This document shows positions 16,377-25,936 of a stretch of DNA of 64,000 nt, piece after piece; positions within the stretch are counted from its first letter, which is position 1, and each line of letters opens with the position of its first letter. This stretch comes from Flavobacteriales bacterium. GTDB taxonomy: Bacteria; Bacteroidota; Bacteroidia; Flavobacteriales_D; CAJJDF01. The translations under genes and the position numbers were made by a program. Under the pieces are notes generated by a model that did not search any database, was not told the origin of the DNA, and saw only the letters and a program-made list of their open reading frames with translations. The DNA lies in contig CBFHHA010000009.1 of assembly GCA_965655625.1 (NCBI GenBank), forward strand, positions 895-64,894, written 5' to 3'.

Positions 16377-18362
16377 ATGAAATCACACTTTTTAATACTT
16401 TTAAGCGTAATACTCACTTTCTCAAGTTGTAGATCAATAGCCCAATCGTCTGTTTACGGTTCCAAAAGCAAAAAAGCTGAGGAGCTTTTTAAAAAAGGAT
16501 ACACAGCTTACAGAAATAGTTACGGTAGCGATGAAAAACTTCAAGAAGCTAAAAACTACCTACTGAAAGCCATTAAAAAAGACCCGGAATTTGCGGCAGC
16601 TTACCTACTGATGGGAGAAATAGAAATTGCAAAAGGTGATTTATCAAAAGCAATTGACTACAAAGAACAAGCGCTTTCAATCAATCCCGAATATTCTAAA
16701 AATGAGTATTTTTATTTGGCTCGTTTGTTAATGAGAGCGGGAGAATATGAAAAATGCAAAAAAAATTCGTTGAAATTTTTGACTTTCAAAAACACCAATG
16801 TGAATTTTCAGTCAGAAGCCAGACAAATGACTGTTAATTGTGATTTTGCTTCGGAAGCTATACAATCTCCAGTTCCTTTTAACCCCAAAAATTTAGGTAA
16901 CAACATTAATTCGGACAGACCAGAATACTTTCCCACTTTTACGGGAGATGGAAATACAATTTTGTTTACACGAAGAGTACTGGAGCCCCGAGCAATTAGA
17001 AGAGGTGGACAACAAGAGGATTTTTTCATCAGTTCCAAGGAAAAAGCAGATTGGAAAGAAGCCACTCCACTTGCCAACAGTATCAACTCTTTTTTTAACG
17101 AGGGAGCACCTACCCTTTCGGCCGATGGTAATTTCTTGATTTTTACTTCTTGCCAAGGAATTGACGGGAAATATGGGGACAACCGAACAGGGAAAGGAAG
17201 TTGCGATTTGTTTTATGCAAGAAGAATAGGAAATAAATGGGGAAAGCCAAGAAATTTAGGTTCTAAAATCAACACTCGACATTGGGAGTCTCAACCTTGT
17301 TTTTCGGCAGATGGCAGAACTCTGTACTTTATCAGAGCAATAAAAACAGGAAGATCGCTTGATCCAGACCAACAAGATATTTATGTTTCCAAGCTGCAAA
17401 ATAGCGGTTACTGGACGGAACCCAAAAAACTGTCCAACAGAATAAACACCCCTTTACGCGAAGAATCCGTATACATTCATCCTGACGGTCAAACACTTTA
17501 TTTTGGCTCGAATGGGCATCCAGGAATGGGCGGTATGGATTTGTATTTCTCTCGCTTGCAAGAAAATGGAGAATGGGGAAAGCCAATCAATTTAGGTTAT
17601 CCCATTAATACAAGCCGAAATGAAAACAGCATTGTGGTTTCGCCTGACGGAACTTTGGCCTATTTCGCTTCAGACCGCGAAGGAGGTTTTGGAGATTTAG
17701 ACTTATATTCCTTTGAGCTTCCAGAGAAAGCAAAACCCATTTATGCTTCGTACATGAAAGGAATTGTGTATGATGAGGAAACGAAAGAAAAACTCAGTGC
17801 CACTTTTGAAATAATTGATATTGCAACCAACGAAGTACTACTCATTTCTAATTCGGATCCTGTTACTGGCGAATTTTTGGTGAATATTCCTACAAACAAA
17901 AATTTGGCGATTAATGTGGCCAAAAAAGGGTATTTCTTTTTCTCAAAAAGCTTCTCTGTTCATACCACAAAAAAACCTCAAAACACGGATATTCCTTTGA
18001 GTAAAATTAAAGTAAGCGACAAGCCATTCGTTCTTGAAAATATCTTTTTTGATGTTGCGAAGTTCAATTTGAAACAAGAATCTCGCGCAGAACTAGACAA
18101 ATTATATGAATTAATGGTTCAGAACGAAGCGGTGAGGATAGAAATTGGTGGACATACAGATAGTGATGGAAACGCTCAACAAAATCAGGAGCTTTCAGAA
18201 AAAAGAGCCAAATCAGTTGTTAATTACCTAGTATTGAAGGGAATTAAACTCTCGAGATTGACCTATGCTGGCTATGGTTCTACTAAGCCAAGAGCAAAGA
18301 ACGATACAGAAAAAAACAAAGCCCTGAACAGAAGAACGGAAGTAAAAATAATTGGCGCTTAA
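16377..18362 (+). CDS. OmpA-family protein with TPR-like and TolB/PD40-like repeats
   Basis: N-terminal signal with LTFSSC. Repeated PD40-like motifs (PTFTGDGNTILF, PCFSADGRTLYF, IHPDGQTLYF, VSPDGTLAYF). C-terminal OmpA domain (GGHTDSDGNAQQNQELSEKRAKSV...NRRTEVKI). Confidence 0.85.
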   Translation: MKSHFLILLSVILTFSSCRSIAQSSVYGSKSKKAEELFKKGYTAYRNSYGSDEKLQEAKNYLLKAIKKDPEFAAAYLLMGEIEIAKGDLSKAIDYKEQALSINPEYSKNEYFYLARLLMRAGEYEKCKKNSLKFLTFKNTNVNFQSEARQMTVNCDFASEAIQSPVPFNPKNLGNNINSDRPEYFPTFTGDGNTILFTRRVLEPRAIRRGGQQEDFFISSKEKADWKEATPLANSINSFFNEGAPTLSADGNFLIFTSCQGIDGKYGDNRTGKGSCDLFYARRIGNKWGKPRNLGSKINTRHWESQPCFSADGRTLYFIRAIKTGRSLDPDQQDIYVSKLQNSGYWTEPKKLSNRINTPLREESVYIHPDGQTLYFGSNGHPGMGGMDLYFSRLQENGEWGKPINLGYPINTSRNENSIVVSPDGTLAYFASDREGGFGDLDLYSFELPEKAKPIYASYMKGIVYDEETKEKLSATFEIIDIATNEVLLISNSDPVTGEFLVNIPTNKNLAINVAKKGYFFFSKSFSVHTTKKPQNTDIPLSKIKVSDKPFVLENIFFDVAKFNLKQESRAELDKLYELMVQNEAVRIEIGGHTDSDGNAQQNQELSEKRAKSVVNYLVLKGIKLSRLTYAGYGSTKPRAKNDTEKNKALNRRTEVKIIGA

Positions 18363-18488
18363 GCTTGAATCCAGAAAAGATCAATTCAAAACAAAGGCTC
18401 ACAAACTGCCTTGTTTTTTTAACAAAAATTAGCCAGCAAAGGACTAGGAAAACTGCCCCTAATTGTTTCATTTCTCTTGTTATTAATC

Positions 18489-18496
18489 TATCTTTG
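18489..18496 (+). promoter_or_regulatory. Candidate -7 promoter box (TAtcTTTG) for maeB-ppa
   Basis: Exact TAnnTTTG match 18 nt upstream of ATG 18515, with a TTG at 18463-18465 as a possible -33 element. Confidence 0.45.
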
Positions 18497-18514
18497 CAGG
18501 GTTAAAATTAACGT

Positions 18515-20800
18515 ATGAATAGTAAAAGAAAAAAGAGCGAAGCGCTCAAATATCATAGCCATCCCAAACCAGGAAAAATCGAGGTAGTACCAACAAAAAA
18601 GTACTCATCTCAAAGAGATTTATCTCTCGCCTACTCGCCAGGAGTAGCGCAACCTTGTTTGGAAATAGCAGAAAATAAAGACGATGTATATAAATACACC
18701 TCAAAAGGTAACCTTGTAGCGGTTATCTCAAACGGTACAGCTGTATTGGGACTAGGAAATATTGGTCCTGAGGCATCCAAACCTGTGATGGAAGGAAAGG
18801 GAGTGCTGTTTAAAATATTTGCAGATATTGACGTTTTTGACATTGAAGTAGACACAGAAAACGTAGATGAATTTGTGGAAACTGTGAAACGTATTGCCCC
18901 TACTTTTGGTGGTATAAACCTGGAAGACATTAAAGCTCCTGAAGCTTTTGAAATAGAAAGAAGACTGGTAGAAGAACTAGATATTCCTGTGATGCATGAT
19001 GACCAGCATGGTACAGCTATTATTTCTACTGCGGCCTTAAAAAATGCCATTGAAATTGCAAAAAAAGATATTGCCAAAGTGAAGATTGTGGTAAATGGAG
19101 CGGGAGCTGCAGCAATATCCTGTACAAGATTGTATATTTCTCTTGGAGCAAAAAAGGAAAACATCATCATGTGTGATAGCAAAGGTGTAATCCAAAAAAG
19201 CAGAAAGAACTTAACTTCACAAAAAGCTGAATTCGCAACAGACAGGGAAGACATGCATACGTTGGAAGATGCGATGAAAAATTCGGATGTATTTGTAGGG
19301 CTTTCAAAAGGGAATATTGTTTCTCCTGAAATGCTAAAAACTATGGCCAAAAATCCAATTGTTTTTGCAATGGCAAACCCTGAACCGGAAATAGAATATG
19401 ACTTGGCAATTAAAACGAGAGATGACATTATCATGGCAACGGGTAGGTCAGACTATCCGAACCAGGTAAACAACGTTCTTGGTTTTCCATTCATATTTAG
19501 AGGTGCACTTGACGTAAGAGCCACTAAAATTAATGAGGCGATGAAGATGGCAGCAGTTCATGCTTTGGCCGATTTGGCGAAAGAATCCGTACCAGAACAA
19601 GTAAATATTACCTACAATGAAGTGAATATTTCATTCGGAAAAGACTATATCATACCGAAACCATTTGATCAGCGATTAATTTCTGAAATACCTCCTGCCG
19701 TGGCAAAAGCAGCTATGGAAAGCGGAGTGGCATTGCAGCCCATTACAAATTGGGAAAAGTACAAGCATGATTTGGAAGACAGATTAGGGACTGGAAACAA
19801 AATTGTTCGTTTGTTGCACAATCGAGCAAAGGCTCAACCAAAACGAGTAGTGTTTGCAGAAGCCGATCATTTAGATGTATTGAAAGCCGCTCAAGTTGTG
19901 TATGAAGAAGGGATTGCGATTCCAATTTTGTTGGGAGACAAAGAGACGATCGAAGAACTGATGGATGAAATTGGTTTTGACAGTAAAATTGAAATCATTG
20001 ATCCTAAATCTTACAAAGAGAGAAAAAGAAAAAGAATTTTTGCAGAAAAATACTGGGAATTGCGTCAAAGAAAAGGGGTAACCATGTTTGATGCAGATAA
20101 AATAATGAGAGAAAGAAATTACTTTGCTACCATGATGCTCAACGAAGGAGATGCTGATGCTTTTATATCGGGTTATGCCAGAAAGTATTCTACTGTTTTG
20201 AAACCTTTGATAGAAATCATACCAAAAGTAGAAGGAGTAGATAAAATATCCTCAACAAATGTAATGCTAACCAAAAGAGGTCCCATGTTTCTTTCCGATA
20301 CAGCAATTACACCTAACCCTACAGGGAAAGATTTAGCGCTTATTGCAGAAATGACTGCCACTGTTGTGAAGATGTTTGGGATGACTCCTGCTCTAGCTAT
20401 GTTGTCTTATTCGAACTTTGGTTCGGCAGATAATCACACATCAAGAAAAGTAAAGGAGGCTATTGCCATACTTCACGAATGCTGTCCTGATTTAGTGATT
20501 GATGGTGAAATTCAAGCGGACTTTGCCTTGAACCCGGAAATGCTGAAAGAAAAGTTTCCTTTCTCTAAATTGGTTGGAAAAAATGTAAACGGATTGATAT
20601 TTCCTAATCTTGATTCTGCAAATATCAATTACAAACTACTGAAAGAACTAAACGGAATAGACTCAATAGGTCCAGTGATTATGGGACTGACAAAACCAGC
20701 ACATATTTTACAACTGGGTGCAAGTGTAGATGAAATCGTAAACATGACTGCATTGGCAGTAGTGGACGCACAAAACAAAGAAAAATTAGAGAAATATTAG
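18515..20800 (+). CDS. maeB: NADP-dependent malic enzyme with C-terminal phosphate acetyltransferase-like domain
   Basis: 761 aa with a malic-enzyme N-terminus (LSLAYSPGVA, VISNGTAVLGLGNIG), an NAD(P) site (VVNGAGAAA) and a long PTA-like C-terminal half. Confidence 0.9.
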   Translation: MNSKRKKSEALKYHSHPKPGKIEVVPTKKYSSQRDLSLAYSPGVAQPCLEIAENKDDVYKYTSKGNLVAVISNGTAVLGLGNIGPEASKPVMEGKGVLFKIFADIDVFDIEVDTENVDEFVETVKRIAPTFGGINLEDIKAPEAFEIERRLVEELDIPVMHDDQHGTAIISTAALKNAIEIAKKDIAKVKIVVNGAGAAAISCTRLYISLGAKKENIIMCDSKGVIQKSRKNLTSQKAEFATDREDMHTLEDAMKNSDVFVGLSKGNIVSPEMLKTMAKNPIVFAMANPEPEIEYDLAIKTRDDIIMATGRSDYPNQVNNVLGFPFIFRGALDVRATKINEAMKMAAVHALADLAKESVPEQVNITYNEVNISFGKDYIIPKPFDQRLISEIPPAVAKAAMESGVALQPITNWEKYKHDLEDRLGTGNKIVRLLHNRAKAQPKRVVFAEADHLDVLKAAQVVYEEGIAIPILLGDKETIEELMDEIGFDSKIEIIDPKSYKERKRKRIFAEKYWELRQRKGVTMFDADKIMRERNYFATMMLNEGDADAFISGYARKYSTVLKPLIEIIPKVEGVDKISSTNVMLTKRGPMFLSDTAITPNPTGKDLALIAEMTATVVKMFGMTPALAMLSYSNFGSADNHTSRKVKEAIAILHECCPDLVIDGEIQADFALNPEMLKEKFPFSKLVGKNVNGLIFPNLDSANINYKLLKELNGIDSIGPVIMGLTKPAHILQLGASVDEIVNMTALAVVDAQNKEKLEKY

Positions 20801-20803
20801 AAA

Positions 20804-21352
20804 ATGGCAATAGACAAAACAAACCCATGGCATAAGGTGGCAATAGGAAAAGAAACTCCAGCCGTGGTAAATGGAATTATAGAAATTCCCAAAAATACAA
20901 GAGCAAAGTACGAGTTAGATAAAGAATCAGGAATGTTATTGATGGATAGAGTAATTTTCTCTTCTATGCATTACCCAGCTAATTATGGATTTATTCCACA
21001 AACGTATTGTGATGACAAAGATCCGTTGGATATCATGATTTTAAGCCAGATAGACGTTGTTCCGATGTGTATTGTTTCGGCAAAGGTTATTGGTGTTATG
21101 AGAATGATTGATGGAGGTGAAATGGACGATAAAATTATTGCCGTTGCAGAGCATGATATGAGTGTGAATCACATGAACGACATTTCGGATCTTCCTGCTC
21201 ACTGGATTAAAGAATTGCGTAACTTCTTTGAAGATTACAAAAAATTAGAAAACAAAAAGGTAGAAGTAGAAGAGTTTCAGGACGCGGCTACTGCGAGAAA
21301 AATCATTAAAAAAAGCATGGAAGACTACAAAGAGTACGTTGAAAACAAATAG
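20804..21352 (+). CDS. ppa: Inorganic pyrophosphatase (family I)
   Basis: Motifs [31 protein letters not shown] and [12 protein letters not shown]. The start is 3 nt after the maeB stop, so it is probably co-transcribed. Confidence 0.9.
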   Translation: MAIDKTNPWHKVAIGKETPAVVNGIIEIPKNTRAKYELDKESGMLLMDRVIFSSMHYPANYGFIPQTYCDDKDPLDIMILSQIDVVPMCIVSAKVIGVMRMIDGGEMDDKIIAVAEHDMSVNHMNDISDLPAHWIKELRNFFEDYKKLENKKVEVEEFQDAATARKIIKKSMEDYKEYVENK

Positions 21353-21375
21353 CCTACTTGTAGCAAATACTAATG

Positions 21376-21411
21376 ACAAAACACCTAAACTGGCAGCTTA
21401 GGTGTTTTTTT
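21376..21411. terminator. Bidirectional rho-independent terminator between ppa and rnz
   Basis: Stem ACACCTAA / TTAGGTGT (21381-21388 / 21398-21405) with a 9-nt loop. It is flanked by an A-run upstream and T7 downstream. Confidence 0.7.
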
Positions 21412-22333
21412 ATGTAACTACGTATGTAACTTGTTCTTCAGCTATTTCCACATGTTCAAACTCTTCCCTTGCTTGATTCAAAAAAGCAGGATAGTCCTCT
21501 TCGGAATAGCGGGCAGAAAAATGCCCAATCAATAATTTATTTACCTTGGCTTTATTTGCAATCAAAGCAGCTTGTTTCACTGTCGAATGAAATGTTTTCT
21601 TTGCTAAGGCTTGTTCTTTTTCTAAAAAAGTAGCTTCGTGATACAACAAGTTAACTTGCTCTATAATTGGGATAATTTTTTCTCGGTAAGCAGTATCAGA
21701 ACAAAAAGCGTAGCTTCTTGCTTTTTCTGGCGGAAAAGTAAATGTTTCATTCGGAATGATTTCACCAGACGAAGTTTCAAAATCGTCTCCCATCTTTATT
21801 CCCTCAATTTTGTAATGAGGAACCTCATAAAACTTGAGCTTTTCGGGTTTTGCCTTTCTCGGACGCGGTTTTTCCTTTATCAAAAAACCATTTGTCAGAA
21901 TTTTATGCTTCAACGGAATTGTGTGGACTTCCAAATTCTTGTCTTCAAAGATTTTCTCAGAATCTTTACTTGACAATTCGTGAAACACTAACTTATAACG
22001 CAACTGGGTGTAGGATGCTCTCAATTGAATTTGTATAATTTCATGCAACTCAGCAGGTGCATAAACATGAAGATCTGCAACTCTCCCCAACAAATGCATG
22101 GAAGAAATTAAACCAACCAACCCGAAGTAATGATCACCGTGAAGGTGAGAAATGAAAATATGACTTATTTTTAAGAAACTAACCTTTGCTTTTCTCAATT
22201 GCACTTGAGTTCCTTCGCCACAATCTATCAAAAAATACTTGTTAGAATAATGAACTAACTGAGAAGTGGGTCTTTTCTTCAAGGTAGGCAAAGCACTTCC
22301 GCTTCCTAATATTGTTATTTCAAACTTGTTCAT
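21410..22333 (-). CDS. rnz: Ribonuclease Z
   Basis: Metallo-beta-lactamase motif HLHGDHYFGL, and a 307-aa short-form RNase Z pattern (ITILGSGSALPT). Confidence 0.85.
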   Translation of the reverse strand: MNKFEITILGSGSALPTLKKRPTSQLVHYSNKYFLIDCGEGTQVQLRKAKVSFLKISHIFISHLHGDHYFGLVGLISSMHLLGRVADLHVYAPAELHEIIQIQLRASYTQLRYKLVFHELSSKDSEKIFEDKNLEVHTIPLKHKILTNGFLIKEKPRPRKAKPEKLKFYEVPHYKIEGIKMGDDFETSSGEIIPNETFTFPPEKARSYAFCSDTAYREKIIPIIEQVNLLYHEATFLEKEQALAKKTFHSTVKQAALIANKAKVNKLLIGHFSARYSEEDYPAFLNQAREEFEHVEIAEEQVTYVVT

Positions 22334-22349
22334 CCCTTCTTATTTCTTT

Positions 22350-22952
22350 TTAAAAGATTCTATGGCCACTGGTCAATCTAGGGGGTTGTAATTTCTTCAC
22401 CTCTTCGTAACGAAAACAATCGGCAACATGATCGTTTACCATTCCTACAGCCTGCATAAATGCATAACAAATAGTAGATCCCACGAATTTGAATCCCTTT
22501 TTTTTCAGTTCCTTGCTCATAGCATCGGATTCTGGAGAAGTAGAAATTGCCTCTGTACTAGTTGTCAGATTGTGGATGATCACTTTGTAATTTACAAAAC
22601 TCCAAACAAACCTCGAAAAACTTCCTTCTTCCTCTTGTAACTTGAGGTAAGCTTGAGCATTGGTTACTGCTGCCCTAATTTTTAGTCTGTTTCGAACAAT
22701 TCCCGAATCCAACAATAATTCTCGAATCTTTGTTTCCTTATATTGGGCGATAATTTCTGGGTTCAACCCATCAAAAGCTCGGTAGTAACCTTCCTTTTTT
22801 TTGAGAATGGTTATCCAACTGAGTCCGGCTTGGGCACCTTCTAATAGTAACTGGGCAAATAACTCTTGATCATCAAAAACTGGAACTCCCCAGTGCTCGT
22901 CATGGTAACGGACATACAAGGGGTCTCTTCCACACCATGAGCACCTGTTCAT
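22350..22952 (-). CDS. tag: DNA-3-methyladenine glycosylase I
   Basis: CSWCGRDPLYVRYHDEHWGVPVFDD and LLLEGAQAGLSWITILKK are typical Tag signatures. Confidence 0.9.
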   Translation of the reverse strand: MNRCSWCGRDPLYVRYHDEHWGVPVFDDQELFAQLLLEGAQAGLSWITILKKKEGYYRAFDGLNPEIIAQYKETKIRELLLDSGIVRNRLKIRAAVTNAQAYLKLQEEEGSFSRFVWSFVNYKVIIHNLTTSTEAISTSPESDAMSKELKKKGFKFVGSTICYAFMQAVGMVNDHVADCFRYEEVKKLQPPRLTSGHRIF

Positions 22953-22957
22953 ACAAC

Positions 22958-23560
22958 TTATTGGTTAATTTTATTTAATACGCTTTGTGGAATTAGTTTA
23001 CTCAACATCTCATCTTGACCTTCTTGAAGTTCAAAATAAGTCCAAGTCTTTTGATTATCAGCAGACATGGCAATAATTTCTTTTTCCGAATCAATAATTA
23101 TTTGATTTTTTTCTACCACTATTTTTACCTCTTCTTGGTTATATGATTTGTACAGTTCTGTCTTAAACATTTCTATATTTGCCATTAATGTTTGGGACAA
23201 AGTCATGGTTAAAACTCCGTCATACATCACTTTGCAGTAATGGTCTCCGTTCTGTTCCACTATAGTCGAATAAGATGTAGGAGTCGTTTCTTGTACGTTC
23301 ATTTCCATCCCAGATTCATACAAGGATTTGAACATATCAATCATTGTTTCTTTAGGGACTATATCAAACAAACGTGGATTTGTCATGGAAAGCATACTTT
23401 CCCATTCCATGTTGTTCATGTAGCCAAAGTAGGCATCTATATCACGATCAAATTTACTTAATAACTCTTGGTTTACTTTAGTATCTGCTGGCGAATTACA
23501 AGAGATTAGGAAAATGGATAGAGTTAAAAATACGAAGAGATATTTCAATTTAACGGACAT
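22958..23560 (-). CDS. Hypothetical lipoprotein
   Basis: Signal peptide with a lipobox-like LISC (MSVKLKYLFVFLTLSIFLISCNS). It is tightly packed between folD and tag (1-nt and 5-nt gaps). Confidence 0.6.
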   Translation of the reverse strand: MSVKLKYLFVFLTLSIFLISCNSPADTKVNQELLSKFDRDIDAYFGYMNNMEWESMLSMTNPRLFDIVPKETMIDMFKSLYESGMEMNVQETTPTSYSTIVEQNGDHYCKVMYDGVLTMTLSQTLMANIEMFKTELYKSYNQEEVKIVVEKNQIIIDSEKEIIAMSADNQKTWTYFELQEGQDEMLSKLIPQSVLNKINQ

Positions 23561-23561
23561 A

Positions 23562-24434
23562 TTATTTTCTTTTGGAAGCGAGAAGTGTATTTTTTAATAA
23601 TGAGGCAATTGTCATTGGCCCCACTCCACCTGGAACGGGAGTAATGAAAGAACATTTTTCAGAAACTTCGTCAAATTTAACATCACCTTTTAGGCAGTAG
23701 CCTGATTTTTTAGACTTATCTGCAATTCGTGTAATTCCTACATCAATCACCACTGCATTATCCTTTACCATATCTGCTGTAACAAACTCAGGTTTTCCGA
23801 GAGCTACAATTAAGATATCTGCCATTAAGGTAAGTTCCTTTAAGTTGACAGTTCTACTGTGTGTCAATGTCACAGTACTGTTTCCCGGATAAGAGTTTCT
23901 TCCCATCATGATACTAATAGGTGCTCCCACAATATTACTTCTACCTACAACTACGCAGTGTTTTCCTGAAGTTTCGATGTTGTATCTTTCTAGCAGTTGC
24001 AAAATACCAAATGGTGTTGCGGGTAAAAATGCTGGTAAGTTTAAAGCGGTTCTACCAATATTTTCGGGATGAAACCCATCCACGTCTTTTTTTGGGTCAA
24101 TTGCTTGTGTTACTTTTTTCTCACTAATATGATCAGGTAGCGGTAATTGAACGATAAAGCCGTCTATCTCCGGATTGTGATTTAGCTTATCGATTTTATG
24201 AAGTAATTCAGCTTCTGAAATCGTATCGGGCAATCGAACCAAGGTACTTTCGAATCCCACTCGTTCACACGCCACTACTTTTGCGTTTACGTAAGTCTTG
24301 CTTGCCCCGTTGTTGCCTACTAATACGGCAGCTAAATGAGGAATCTTTTTCCCTTTTGTTTTTAAATAGTTTACCTCTTCTTTGATTTCATCTTGAATCT
24401 CGAGCGAAGTTTTTTTACCGTCAATTAATATCAT
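23562..24434 (-). CDS. folD: Bifunctional methylenetetrahydrofolate dehydrogenase/cyclohydrolase
   Basis: Starts MILIDGKK, as in FolD. Also has [22 protein letters not shown] and [11 protein letters not shown]. The ORF track start at 24476 adds 14 atypical residues. Confidence 0.9.
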   Translation of the reverse strand: MILIDGKKTSLEIQDEIKEEVNYLKTKGKKIPHLAAVLVGNNGASKTYVNAKVVACERVGFESTLVRLPDTISEAELLHKIDKLNHNPEIDGFIVQLPLPDHISEKKVTQAIDPKKDVDGFHPENIGRTALNLPAFLPATPFGILQLLERYNIETSGKHCVVVGRSNIVGAPISIMMGRNSYPGNSTVTLTHSRTVNLKELTLMADILIVALGKPEFVTADMVKDNAVVIDVGITRIADKSKKSGYCLKGDVKFDEVSEKCSFITPVPGGVGPMTIASLLKNTLLASKRK

Positions 24435-24515
24435 TTCATATGAGTATTTGGTCATTGGTCCTAGGTAATTAGTCAAAAAAAACTGACGACTAACGACCCG
24501 AATCTGACGACTGAT

Positions 24516-25859
24516 TTATAGCTTACCTTTTTGCAATTGCTTCATTTGTTTCATCATTCCCATCATCCCCTTTTTATTGTTCATCATTTGCATCATCTTG
24601 CTCGTGTCTTTAAATTGCTTTATCAATTTATTAACCTCCTGAATACTTTGCCCACTTCCTTTTGCAAGACGTTGTTTTCTTGTTCCGTTCAATACTGTTG
24701 GGTTCTCTCTTTCGTGTGGTGTCATGGATAAGATAATCGCTTCAATCCCTTTAAACGCATTTTCGTCAATATCTGCATCTTTAATTTGCTTCCCAACACC
24801 TGGAATCATTCCCATCAAATCTTTCACGTTCCCCATTTTTTTGATTTGCTGAAGCTGACCTAAAAAGTCATTGTAATCAAATTTGTTTTTGGAAATTTTG
24901 GCTTGAAGCTTTTTTGCTTCTTCTTCATCAAATTGTTGTTGCACTTTCTCAACCAAAGAAACCACATCTCCCATTCCCAAAATTCTGTCTGCCATCCTAC
25001 TCGGATGAAAAACATCCAGTGCTTCCATTTTTTCACCAGTTCCAATAAATTTAATTGGCTTGTTTACTACTGACTTAATGGAAATTGCCGCTCCTCCTCT
25101 AGTATCACCATCCAGTTTCGTTAGAATTACACCGGTAAAGTCAAGTCTTTCATTAAATGTCTTTGCCGTATTCACCGCATCCTGTCCAGTCATGGAATCA
25201 ACCACAAATAGTATCTCCTGAGGGTTAATGGCAGATTTGATTTCTGCGATTTCTCCCATCATCTTTTCATCTATTGCCAATCTCCCTGCAGTATCCACAA
25301 TCACTGTGTTGAGTCCATTTGCTTTTGCGTGCGCAATGGCTGCCTCAGCAATTTTTACTGGATTCTTTTCTTCTTTATTCGAATACACTTCGATTCCCAA
25401 TTGATCTCCCAAAACATGAAGTTGATCAATGGCAGCCGGACGATAGACATCACAAGCAACTAGGAGTACTTTTTTATTTTTCTTTTCAGTAAGAAATTTA
25501 GCCAACTTCCCCGAATGGGTTGTTTTTCCAGATCCTTGAAGACCCGCCATCAGAATTATCGATGGATTTGCAGAAACATCTAACTCGACATTTTCGCTCC
25601 CCATCAATTTGGTCAACTCTTCGTTGGTGATTTTTATCATCAACTGACCTGGCGAAATGGCACTCAATACGTTTTGACCTAATGCTTTCTCTTTAATAGT
25701 ATTAGTAAACTCTTTTGCAGTTTTGTAGTTCACATCAGCATCTACCAATGCTCTACGAATCTCCTTAACGGTTTCTGCTACGTTTATTTCGGTAATTTGT
25801 CCCTGCCCTTTTAATACTTTAAAGGCTCTTTCTAACTTATCAGATAAATTATCAAACAT
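24516..25859 (-). CDS. ffh: Signal recognition particle protein
   Basis: GTPase motifs GLQGSGKTT, DTAGR and TKLDGD, plus a Met-rich C-terminal M domain. Confidence 0.95.
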   Translation of the reverse strand: MFDNLSDKLERAFKVLKGQGQITEINVAETVKEIRRALVDADVNYKTAKEFTNTIKEKALGQNVLSAISPGQLMIKITNEELTKLMGSENVELDVSANPSIILMAGLQGSGKTTHSGKLAKFLTEKKNKKVLLVACDVYRPAAIDQLHVLGDQLGIEVYSNKEEKNPVKIAEAAIAHAKANGLNTVIVDTAGRLAIDEKMMGEIAEIKSAINPQEILFVVDSMTGQDAVNTAKTFNERLDFTGVILTKLDGDTRGGAAISIKSVVNKPIKFIGTGEKMEALDVFHPSRMADRILGMGDVVSLVEKVQQQFDEEEAKKLQAKISKNKFDYNDFLGQLQQIKKMGNVKDLMGMIPGVGKQIKDADIDENAFKGIEAIILSMTPHERENPTVLNGTRKQRLAKGSGQSIQEVNKLIKQFKDTSKMMQMMNNKKGMMGMMKQMKQLQKGKL

Positions 25860-25936
25860 ACTTTTTTATTTTTTTCTTTCTCAATTAACTTAAACCCCCT
25901 CTTTTGAGGTTTAATTCTTCTTCTACACAAATATAG

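Noticed and set aside
18631-19434. 267-aa ORF antisense to maeB
   Set aside because: It lies entirely inside a very well supported malic-enzyme gene. Its translation is low-complexity and S/I/F/A-rich, typical of a shadow frame opposite a strongly codon-biased gene. It has no independent start context or motif.
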